Below, piece by piece: positions 56,895-64,000 of a stretch of DNA of 64,000 nt. Position numbers and translations under genes: made by a program. The notes below the pieces were generated by a model. The model had not been told where the DNA came from. It did no database searches and was given only the letters and a program-made list of their open reading frames with translations. The DNA is from Candidatus Saccharimonadia bacterium (GTDB lineage: Bacteria; Patescibacteriota; Saccharimonadia; CAILAD01; BJGX01). Positions within the stretch are counted from its first letter, which is position 1. Each line of letters opens with the position of its first letter. The stretch spans positions 42,806-106,805 of the forward strand of contig JBCLLN010000001.1 of assembly GCA_039738635.1 (NCBI GenBank), given 5' to 3'.

Positions 56895-58985
56895 ATGAAA
56901 TATCCCTTTACTAAGAAAGAATCAGTCAAAGAAATTCTGCATGGCGTTACTATAGTTGATGATTATCGCTGGCTTGAAGATAGTGATAGTAGCGAAGTAT
57001 TAGCGTGGACTAAAAAGCAAAATGAATTTACCCATGAACAAATCACAAACCATGCAAATATAGCGGATTATAAAAATGAGTTAAAGGCGTTTTACAATGT
57101 CGATGATTTTAGTGTCCCTCATCATTGGGCGGGCTACTATTACTGGTCTGAACTAAAAGCTGGCCAGAACCAATTTGTACTCTATAGGAAAAAAGGATTG
57201 AATGGTGAGCCAGAGTTACTTGTTGATCCTAATGGTATAAGAAAAGACGACGCCATTACATTACAAGCTTGGGCAGTTTCACCTAAAGGAAAGTTTTTGG
57301 CTTATACATTATCAGAAAGTGGTAGCGAGTACAGCAAAATATACATTGTAGACTTGAAGACTAGAAAAAAATTGGAAAAAGATACTATACCACTTACTTG
57401 GCATCCCGACATAATCTGGTTAGCAGATGAAGCTAGTTTCTTTTACACCGCTATTCCTGACCCCTCCACTGTTCCAAAGAATGAAGAGCATTATCATCAG
57501 CGACTTAAGTTACATGTAATTGGCCAGAACACAAAAGATGATGATATTATCTTTGGCGAAGGACGTCATAAAGAAGATACTTATGCGGTAGACATATCTG
57601 ATGACCGCAAATGGCTCACAATTAGTGCTGCGCGCAACTGGACTAACAATGAAGTCTATATCTATGAGATTGAAACACAAATCCTGACACCACTTATTGA
57701 GGGAATTGATGCTGAGTTTTATGCCTCTATTACCAAAGGTCAAATTTACGTTTGGTCGGATTATGAAGCAGAATTTGGTAGGGTATATAGTTTGCCTATC
57801 AACAACCCCCCAAATTTAGATAACTGGCCAGTAATTATTGCTGAACGTGATTATGCACTCAGTGGTTTTAATTTAACCAGTGAGTATATTGTAGCCCACT
57901 ACATCAAAAATGCTTGTTCATATACAGAAGTATTGGATTACAATGGCAAAAAAATAAAAGAATTAAAATATCCGGAGTACTCCACTCTAAATAGCTTTGT
58001 AGCAAATTACGATGAAGCTGAATATTTCTACAGTTATACAAATTTTTTAAGCTGTAACGTTATTTATCATTACAATCCAGATGATAAGTCGACTAAATGT
58101 TATCGAGAAGTACCATCACTTATAAACGCAGAAGACTTCGTTGTCCAACAAAAATGGTGCGAGAGTTACGATGGCACGCAAATCCCAATGTTTTTGGTAT
58201 ATAAAAAGGGTTTAAAGCAAAATGGCCAAAACCCAACTTTATTGACTGGTTACGGGGGTTTTAACTCGTCTGAGATGCCATATTTTAATGCTGGTATCAT
58301 GCCCTTTATTGAACGGGGTGGCATATATGTAGTAGCCAATATTCGTGGTGGCGGAGAATTTGGTAGGAAATGGCACGAAGCTGCTATGTTACACAAGAAA
58401 CAGAATTCCTTTGACGATTTTATTGTAGTTGCAGAGTTTCTTAATAAACAGAACTACACAAGTCCAGATAAACTAGCTATAATTGGTGGCTCAAACGGTG
58501 GTCTGTTAGTTGCAGCGTGTGCCGTGCAAAAACCAAAGCTATTTAAAGCAGTTGTCTGTCAGGTACCCTTACTCGATATGATTAGGTTCCCATTATTCTT
58601 GATGGCGAGTCGCTGGACTGGTGAATACGGCGACCCAAAGAAAAAAGCTGATTTTGATTTAATCCTCAAATGGAGCCCTTATCACAATGTTCTTCAGGGT
58701 ACTGAATATCCAGCATTTTTAATCACGACAGCAGATCATGATTCGCGAGTCGAGCCATTACATGCTAGAAAAATGGCTGCTTTACTCCAATCAGTTAACC
58801 GTACAAACCCTATTTTAATACGAACTGAGGTTGAGTCAGGACACGGTGGCGGTGTACCAGTAGAAAAATATATTAACGCACAAGTAGATTTACTCGCGTT
58901 TTTAGACTGGCAGTTATTAATCGGTAGCAGTAAAGCCAAACGACCCAACAGAATTAGCAAATCAAGTAAAAAAACTACTTCATGA
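56895..58985 (+). CDS. Prolyl oligopeptidase (S9A family)
   Basis: N-terminal DDYRWLED signature; catalytic GGSNGGLL (GxSxGG); C-terminal His/Asp region. Confidence 0.85.
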   Translation: MKYPFTKKESVKEILHGVTIVDDYRWLEDSDSSEVLAWTKKQNEFTHEQITNHANIADYKNELKAFYNVDDFSVPHHWAGYYYWSELKAGQNQFVLYRKKGLNGEPELLVDPNGIRKDDAITLQAWAVSPKGKFLAYTLSESGSEYSKIYIVDLKTRKKLEKDTIPLTWHPDIIWLADEASFFYTAIPDPSTVPKNEEHYHQRLKLHVIGQNTKDDDIIFGEGRHKEDTYAVDISDDRKWLTISAARNWTNNEVYIYEIETQILTPLIEGIDAEFYASITKGQIYVWSDYEAEFGRVYSLPINNPPNLDNWPVIIAERDYALSGFNLTSEYIVAHYIKNACSYTEVLDYNGKKIKELKYPEYSTLNSFVANYDEAEYFYSYTNFLSCNVIYHYNPDDKSTKCYREVPSLINAEDFVVQQKWCESYDGTQIPMFLVYKKGLKQNGQNPTLLTGYGGFNSSEMPYFNAGIMPFIERGGIYVVANIRGGGEFGRKWHEAAMLHKKQNSFDDFIVVAEFLNKQNYTSPDKLAIIGGSNGGLLVAACAVQKPKLFKAVVCQVPLLDMIRFPLFLMASRWTGEYGDPKKKADFDLILKWSPYHNVLQGTEYPAFLITTADHDSRVEPLHARKMAALLQSVNRTNPILIRTEVESGHGGGVPVEKYINAQVDLLAFLDWQLLIGSSKAKRPNRISKSSKKTTS

Positions 58986-59096
58986 TGCAGATCTCAGAGC
59001 TCGGCTAGGTAGAAAAGCTAGAGCGCAGGTCCAGCCAGATTGGGCATGAGATAAAAGGATTATGGAACTAGAAAAAGTATTTTAAGAAGGCTCTAA

Positions 59097-59603
59097 ATGG
59101 ATAACATCAAAATGACATGGGTGACAAGTAACCAAATCAAGCAAATTGATGCAGGCTTACCAATATTACAGGTTTATATATGGATTATAACAACCGACAA
59201 GCATATTGTGATTGTGTCAAAAGATGGCAAACATTGGCAGTTCCCTGGTGGTAAACCAGAACCAAATGAGGAGATTACCGACACAGCTATTCGTGAAACG
59301 ACCGAAGAAACCAGCCTAGACTTATCACCATATAAAAACAAGTTAAACTTTTTTGGGTATTATGTTGTAGAGGATAATAACAAACAAAATGATAATCAAT
59401 TTATTCAAGTTCGTTTATACTGCAATATAAATAAACTAGCCAGCGATATGAATGTTCACGCAGGCAAAGAAGACTTAAACCAGGCAGATAGTGAGAAGAT
59501 CAAGTTTGTTCGGGTTGTGACTATTAATGAAGCCACCCAATTGATTCCGTGGCTGAAGAGCTCGGGCGAGTACACTACCCTACTCAAGATGGGAACTATT
59601 TAA
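59097..59603 (+). CDS. NUDIX hydrolase
   Basis: Nudix box GGKPEPNEEITDTAIRETTEETS. Confidence 0.75.
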   Translation: MDNIKMTWVTSNQIKQIDAGLPILQVYIWIITTDKHIVIVSKDGKHWQFPGGKPEPNEEITDTAIRETTEETSLDLSPYKNKLNFFGYYVVEDNNKQNDNQFIQVRLYCNINKLASDMNVHAGKEDLNQADSEKIKFVRVVTINEATQLIPWLKSSGEYTTLLKMGTI

Positions 59604-59823
59604 TTACGAAAGACGACCTGAATATCGAAAGTCAGATGTATATGCAAACAATTGGGATTGCAGGGTCATTAGGAGATGAATGTGGTATGATTCTTTATAA
59701 GGATGCTATCTTGTTTACGGTATTAAACATAAAAAAGCATTAAAAGGTTGTGATATTTGACTAAAAAGCACTTATAAGAAAGTGCCAAATTATTGCGTGC
59801 GATGTAATGAGCACTAGGAGGGC

Positions 59824-60531
59824 TTGGAATTGGGAGTTTATAGCAACACACAAATAGAAAATGCCATAAAGGAAGGGCATATTATATTTCACCCTTACAT
59901 GCCCAGACATATAGGTGGTAGCAGTATTGATGTAACTTTGGGCCATTGGTATTACCGTACAGAAAAACCGAGTGAAGGCGGCTTCTATAACCCCATGGAT
60001 GAGACGGCCGTAAATAAATACTTTGATGGCCCACATCATGCCGAAAATCACGGAACCTGGGCCAAAAAACACGGACGACATTTATTTAAAAACATCCCAG
60101 CCAACCATCCGATAATTGTTCTGCGTCCAGGCCAGCGCATACTAACCCATACTCACGAATTTATCGGCATAAAAGCTCCTGGTACCAGTGCTTTGCAAGC
60201 GCGCAGTACCTGGGGTAAAAATGGCGTGTCAGTATGTTTAGATGCCGGCTGGGGAGATCCGGGTTATATAAACCGCTGGACTATGGAAATTTATAATATG
60301 AACCAGCACGAAAGCGTGGTTATACCAGTCGGTGAGCGTGTGGCGCAAATGGTGTTTTATGATACTGGCCCGGTAAGAGGTGAATATAAAAAGCTAAGTG
60401 GCAAATACCAATCTGGGAAAAGCGATGATTTAAATTACATCATTAAAAACTGGCGACCGGAGCAAATGCTACCCAAAGCTTATAAAGACAAGCGCAATCT
60501 ACCAAAAACCATAAAAGGGCTTGAAGGGTGA
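59824..60531 (+). CDS. dcd: dCTP deaminase/dUTPase-superfamily protein (Dcd-like, longer than canonical)
   Basis: GSSIDVTLG and GWGDPGYINRWTMEIYNMNQHESVVIPVGERVAQMVF resemble Dcd motifs. Confidence 0.55.
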   Translation: MELGVYSNTQIENAIKEGHIIFHPYMPRHIGGSSIDVTLGHWYYRTEKPSEGGFYNPMDETAVNKYFDGPHHAENHGTWAKKHGRHLFKNIPANHPIIVLRPGQRILTHTHEFIGIKAPGTSALQARSTWGKNGVSVCLDAGWGDPGYINRWTMEIYNMNQHESVVIPVGERVAQMVFYDTGPVRGEYKKLSGKYQSGKSDDLNYIIKNWRPEQMLPKAYKDKRNLPKTIKGLEG

Positions 60532-60587
60532 CTAAAACTTAGTATTTAAGCATAATAACTATCCAAATATCGGTTATAATAGTAGCT

Positions 60588-62297
60588 ATGGACAATTCCG
60601 AAAAGCTCGCTAAAACTTATGATGATACAATACTCCGGCCCAAGGTAGTTACACCCCTGGTAATACTTGTGGCGTTGCTAACCTGGCTGGCCTACTACCA
60701 GGGGTTGACCTACACAAAAAGTCCACTACTTGTAGCTATTCTAATTATCTCTTTAATATTATCCTCTTTGATTCACTTCAACCCCCAACGCTTCTTAAAG
60801 CACCCCGCTCTCTACCTTACCTTCTTCCATATCATATTAGCCCTAATGTTGATCTTTGTATTCCCTACGCTATCCCCCGCTATGCTATTTTGGCTATTGA
60901 TGACCTACTTAACGGAATATTATTACAAAAAAGTGGGGCTATTTATGAGTCTCTCTGGACTACTAATTACATTAATTACTAGCACATTATTACAAAAGCC
61001 TCCTTTTAGCTGGACTCTAATGCTAACGCTACTCCCCTGGTTTGTAGTAATATCTGCTGTAGCGATGGTGGTTAGTAGTGTAATAATAGTAAGCCGTGAA
61101 GCACGTCTAGCGGTGGCTAATCAACTAATGCGAGCGGAGTACGAACACCAGAGAGTCATATCGTTAATTAATAGTATGGTTGAAGCCGTGATAGCTGTAG
61201 ACGACCAGGGCATAATTAATATTTATAATTCTGCAGCTATTGAATTGCTGGATACCAATGTAGATTTATTAAACCAAAATATCAACTCTATAATGCACTT
61301 AACGGATATTAATCATAATGAGATTAATATTATAGATATGGCGGCTAATGCCCCCAAGGCCCTAAGCAAGGCCGGAGTGTACTTGGATATTAGCGCTACG
61401 GATCGCCGGGCACTAGAAATTAATATTAGCCGAACCTCGCTATTTTCATCCACATCTCAGCAAAAAGGCTACACCTTCTTAATTCATGATGTAACCGCAG
61501 AAAAGAGCCTTAATGAGGAGCGTGATGATTTTATATCGGTAGTTAGCCATGAGCTTAGAACACCAATTGCGATTGCCGAGGCCAATGTAGCTATGGCTCA
61601 GCTTGCCTATAAAAACCCTAGTCATACACCTCAAGAAATATCTGAATCGCTAGCAAACACCCACAAGCAAGTAATGTTCTTATCCCAGATGATTAACGAC
61701 CTAGCTACTCTTTCTAGAGCCGAACGAGCTGGCGCTGAGGTTGCAGTAGAAAGTTTTGATATAACTAGAGCTATGACGGATATAGACAGCATCTACAGAG
61801 TTCAGGCCGAGAACAAGGGCTTGAGCTTTAATGTCCTAGTTGACCAAAATATCCCAGCCTTTAATGCCTCGGAGCTATACATCAAAGAAATCCTTCAAAA
61901 CCTAATATCTAATGCCATCAAATACACTAGCTCCGGTGGAGTAAAAGTAGTGGCCCATACCACCCCTGAGAGCACACTAATGATAGCGGTTACAGACACT
62001 GGTATAGGTATCAAAAAAGCCGAGCAGCACAATTTATTTCAAAAGTTCTGGAGATCAGAGAATACCCGAACCAAAGAAACAGATGGCACAGGGCTAGGGC
62101 TATATATATCAGATAAGCTGGCTCGCCAAATAGGTGCTAAAATTACGCTAGTAAGTGATGACAATAAAGGCTCTACCTTTACTTTGACTATACCAATGCC
62201 TAAAGCCAGTAGTACCTCACAACTCCCTACTAGGCGTAGAAACCGCGAGCAGGCTGGCACTGAGAGTGAAGGAATTATTCAAAGTGATAAAGATTAG
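60588..62297 (+). CDS. Sensor histidine kinase (6 TM sensor region, HisKA + HATPase_c)
   Basis: H-box FISVVSHELRTPIAI, N-box ILQNLISNAIKYT, G-boxes DTGIGI / GTGLGLYIS. No adjacent response regulator. Confidence 0.8.
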   Translation: MDNSEKLAKTYDDTILRPKVVTPLVILVALLTWLAYYQGLTYTKSPLLVAILIISLILSSLIHFNPQRFLKHPALYLTFFHIILALMLIFVFPTLSPAMLFWLLMTYLTEYYYKKVGLFMSLSGLLITLITSTLLQKPPFSWTLMLTLLPWFVVISAVAMVVSSVIIVSREARLAVANQLMRAEYEHQRVISLINSMVEAVIAVDDQGIINIYNSAAIELLDTNVDLLNQNINSIMHLTDINHNEINIIDMAANAPKALSKAGVYLDISATDRRALEINISRTSLFSSTSQQKGYTFLIHDVTAEKSLNEERDDFISVVSHELRTPIAIAEANVAMAQLAYKNPSHTPQEISESLANTHKQVMFLSQMINDLATLSRAERAGAEVAVESFDITRAMTDIDSIYRVQAENKGLSFNVLVDQNIPAFNASELYIKEILQNLISNAIKYTSSGGVKVVAHTTPESTLMIAVTDTGIGIKKAEQHNLFQKFWRSENTRTKETDGTGLGLYISDKLARQIGAKITLVSDDNKGSTFTLTIPMPKASSTSQLPTRRRNREQAGTESEGIIQSDKD

Positions 62298-62300
62298 AGC

Positions 62301-62516
62301 TTACGATTTTTTGCTATCCGGCATTACCATAGCGCTAAAAATAAAATAAATAATGATTCCCGGTATAATGCCTGTCATAATAATAAAAATCAATACTACT
62401 ATCCGTGCTAATGATACATCTATACCTAAATGCTCGGCCATGCCACCTACAACTCCAAAAACTTTTTTATCTTTTGAGAGTGCTAGTTGGGGTTTATTGA
62501 TAGGCTTTTTTTCCAT
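62301..62516 (-). CDS. PspC-domain membrane protein
   Basis: KKVFGVVGGMAEHLGIDVSLARIVVLIFIIM + TM. The ORF opens at 62555; start taken at MEKKPINK (62516). Confidence 0.55.
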   Translation of the reverse strand: MEKKPINKPQLALSKDKKVFGVVGGMAEHLGIDVSLARIVVLIFIIMTGIIPGIIIYFIFSAMVMPDSKKS

Positions 62517-62525
62517 TGAAATAGA

Positions 62526-62601
62526 TGGGGCCGACGGTGGGACTCGAACCCGCAACCTGCTGTTTACAAAACAGCTGCTCTGCCAATTGAGCTACGTCGG
62601 C
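62526..62601 (-). tRNA. tRNA-Thr (anticodon UGU)
   Basis: RC reads GCCGACG-TA-GCTC-AATTGGCA-GAGC-A-GCTGT-TTTGTAA-ACAGC-AGGTT-GCGGG-TTCGAGT-CCCAC-CGTCGGC-C-CCA. Confidence 0.8.
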
Positions 62602-62602
62602 T

Positions 62603-62688
62603 TGGTGCCGGGTGAGAGATTTGAACTCCCGAAGACATAAGTCAGCTGATTTACAGTCAGCCCCCGTTGACCACTTGGGTAACCCGGC
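62603..62688 (-). tRNA. tRNA-Tyr (anticodon GUA), long variable arm
   Basis: RC reads GCCGGGT-TA-CCC...GGG, anticodon stem GCTGA/TCAGC with loop CTGTAAA, long variable arm, T-arm GGGAG-TTCAAAT-CTCTC, ACCCGGC-A-CCA. Confidence 0.8.
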
Positions 62689-62698
62689 ATGTTATTTA

Positions 62699-62773
<75 letters not shown>

Positions 62774-62819
62774 GTAGGCGGTAATTTACAGATGTAAAAG
62801 CAGATTATAGTCTACCAGT

Positions 62820-63521
62820 TTACTGGAATTTCTTCAAGGCTGGATTAGAGCTTAGGGCCTGCTTGGCACGAACATTATTTGGCTCTAGGTGGATAATAGA
62901 CTTAAATATTTGAGCTGCCTGCTGGGGCTGATTCTGATGCAGGTGGCTTTCCGCTAGTAAAAGCATTATAGCAATACTCTTTGGCTCTAGCTTGAGCGCC
63001 CTATTAAGCATTATAACTTGTTGGTCGTATTGGCCAATAACCCTATAAACTCTAGCCAACGAGACGAGCCGAGCAATAGTTTCCTCCATATCAATAGATT
63101 TTTCTAGGGCTTTGGCTGATTGCTTGAACTTATGACTCTTAAAGAGCATCATCGCCAAATTATAGTAGCTGGCGGCGTTGGGATAATTATCGGCAACTAT
63201 CTCAAAGCACTCAATGGCATCATCGACTTGCCCAAAGTGAGAATAGATAAACCCGAGCCTACTGTAGGCTAGGGAGTTCTTACGATCCACCTTTAATACT
63301 TTGAGGTAGGCCTTCTCTGCGGCTAGGTAGTTTTTCTCGGCGTAGTACCTGCCGGCAATTTCTGTTAAGGACTCTAGCCTAGAATCGTTGCTGACAGGCA
63401 GAATCGCTAGGCTATCGACGATGTAGTCTAGGAATCTTATTTTATACCTACTAAGCAGTAGGAAGGTTAAAATAAATAATAATACAAATAGGGTGACTTC
63501 TAGGGTGACTTCTAAAATCAT
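62820..63521 (-). CDS. TPR-repeat protein with N-terminal membrane anchor
   Basis: Repeated W-LG-Y / A-F-P TPR consensus (YYAEKNYLAAEKAYLKVLKVD..., YYNLAMMLFKSHKFKQSAKALEKSI...). Confidence 0.65.
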   Translation of the reverse strand: MILEVTLEVTLFVLLFILTFLLLSRYKIRFLDYIVDSLAILPVSNDSRLESLTEIAGRYYAEKNYLAAEKAYLKVLKVDRKNSLAYSRLGFIYSHFGQVDDAIECFEIVADNYPNAASYYNLAMMLFKSHKFKQSAKALEKSIDMEETIARLVSLARVYRVIGQYDQQVIMLNRALKLEPKSIAIMLLLAESHLHQNQPQQAAQIFKSIIHLEPNNVRAKQALSSNPALKKFQ

Positions 63522-64000
63522 TCAAACTCCAATGCTAGAGATTCAATTACGAACTTTGGACTACCATTATTGTACAGATGTAGTTGGGCTAAAATCAAGC
63601 TATTAGAGCGCTTTAGCCAAAGTGTAGATGGGCTCTGAGCCTGTAATTTGACAGCTAGGGCGCTAATTATTGCTGCTGCTTTGGGTTTTGAATCAATGCT
63701 AGAGGCCACTATTAGCCTGTCTGGTAGGCTGGTGCTAAGCATAGCTTCGGCCTGAATATTAATTTCAATAATATGATTTAACTCCTCCTGGCTACAAGAC
63801 TGCTCTAGCTTGGCTGGAACTCGGCCGATAATATTAGTGATTTCTGCTGGGATATTAAGCGTTTCAATTAATCCTGCCAGCTGAGCTTTGGTTGGTGCAT
63901 AAAAATTAATTAATTGCAGGCGGGATAGGATTGTTTTAGGAAGTGAATCGATTGAGTCAGAAACAAAAATTATAACAGTAGATGGAGGGGGCTCCTCAAT
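63518..64000 (-). CDS. holB: DNA polymerase III subunit delta' (clamp-loader), C-terminal portion; 5' end lies beyond the window
   Basis: Minus-strand frame is open to the window edge. Manual translation gives ...IEEPPPSTVIIFVSDSIDSLPKTILSRLQL..., which matches the LPTI(L/R)SR(C)Q clamp-loader motif. Confidence 0.5.
   Translation of the reverse strand: MEEPPPSTVIIFVSDSIDSLPKTILSRLQLINFYAPTKAQLAGLIETLNIPAEITNIIGRVPAKLEQSCSQEELNHIIEINIQAEAMLSTSLPDRLIVASSIDSKPKAAAIISALAVKLQAQSPSTLWLKRSNSLILAQLHLYNNGSPKFVIESLALEFE

Noticed and set aside
59549-59743. 64-aa ORF bridging the NUDIX 3' end and the intergenic gap
   Set aside because: It overlaps the NUDIX gene's last 55 nt in another frame and has no RBS, so it is not supportable.

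Overview
The window reads as a small-genome bacterial chromosome segment. Compact housekeeping genes (ribosomal proteins with lysine/alanine/glutamate-rich N-terminal extensions) give a reduced-genome or CPR-like feel, but no organism can be assigned from sequence alone. Composition is uneven. Positions 1-12000 are AT-rich (about 30-33% GC), the rest runs 42-50%, and two short GC-rich fragments (about 12050-13260 and 27190-27560) stand out further.

Highlight: a tightly coupled operon at 447-9840 that immediately follows the 3' end of an archaeal-type proS. It encodes a 2269-aa two-module non-ribosomal peptide synthetase (NRPS) with domain order A(MT-interrupted)-T-C-A-T-R. The first adenylation (A) domain is split by a SAM-dependent methyltransferase (MT) inserted between core motifs A2 and A3, and the protein ends in an NAD(P)-binding thioester reductase (R). 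Downstream, each gene overlapping the next, are a class-III PLP aminotransferase, an Sfp-type 4'-phosphopantetheinyl transferase (PPTase) and a pol-beta-fold nucleotidyltransferase. The logic is dipeptide to aldehyde to amine.

Other content:
- Accessory region (about 10-28 kb) with tandem paralogous membrane-anchored proteins sharing an identical 87-bp 5' block, a promoter-plus-terminator-bounded candidate ncRNA (12096-12390), a recurring REP-like palindrome CCAGGGAGACACCCTGG, two direct-repeat-flanked single-gene units, and a DUF2130-like zinc-ribbon/coiled-coil protein.
- Core genes: pcm, glmS, ROK kinase with a trehalose-synthase-like GT4, a ddl-like ATP-grasp enzyme, an RRM RNA-binding protein, cysS, a DEDDh exonuclease, recR-ybaB, dnaB-dnaX, and a gtrA/GT39/GT2/GT39 surface-glycosylation cluster.
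- A secE-nusG-rplK-rplA-rplJ-rplL block interrupted by glyA plus a 595-aa tandem ThyX-like protein.
- A UbiA-GT2 fusion protein next to an ECF sigma/anti-sigma pair, tRNA-Trp, ppa, a TrmH-like methyltransferase, prolyl oligopeptidase, NUDIX, a dCTP-deaminase-like gene, an orphan sensor kinase and a PspC-domain protein.
- A Thr(UGU)-Tyr-Thr(GGU) tRNA cluster, a TPR protein and the 3' part of holB.

No CRISPR array, integrase or transposase was recognised.
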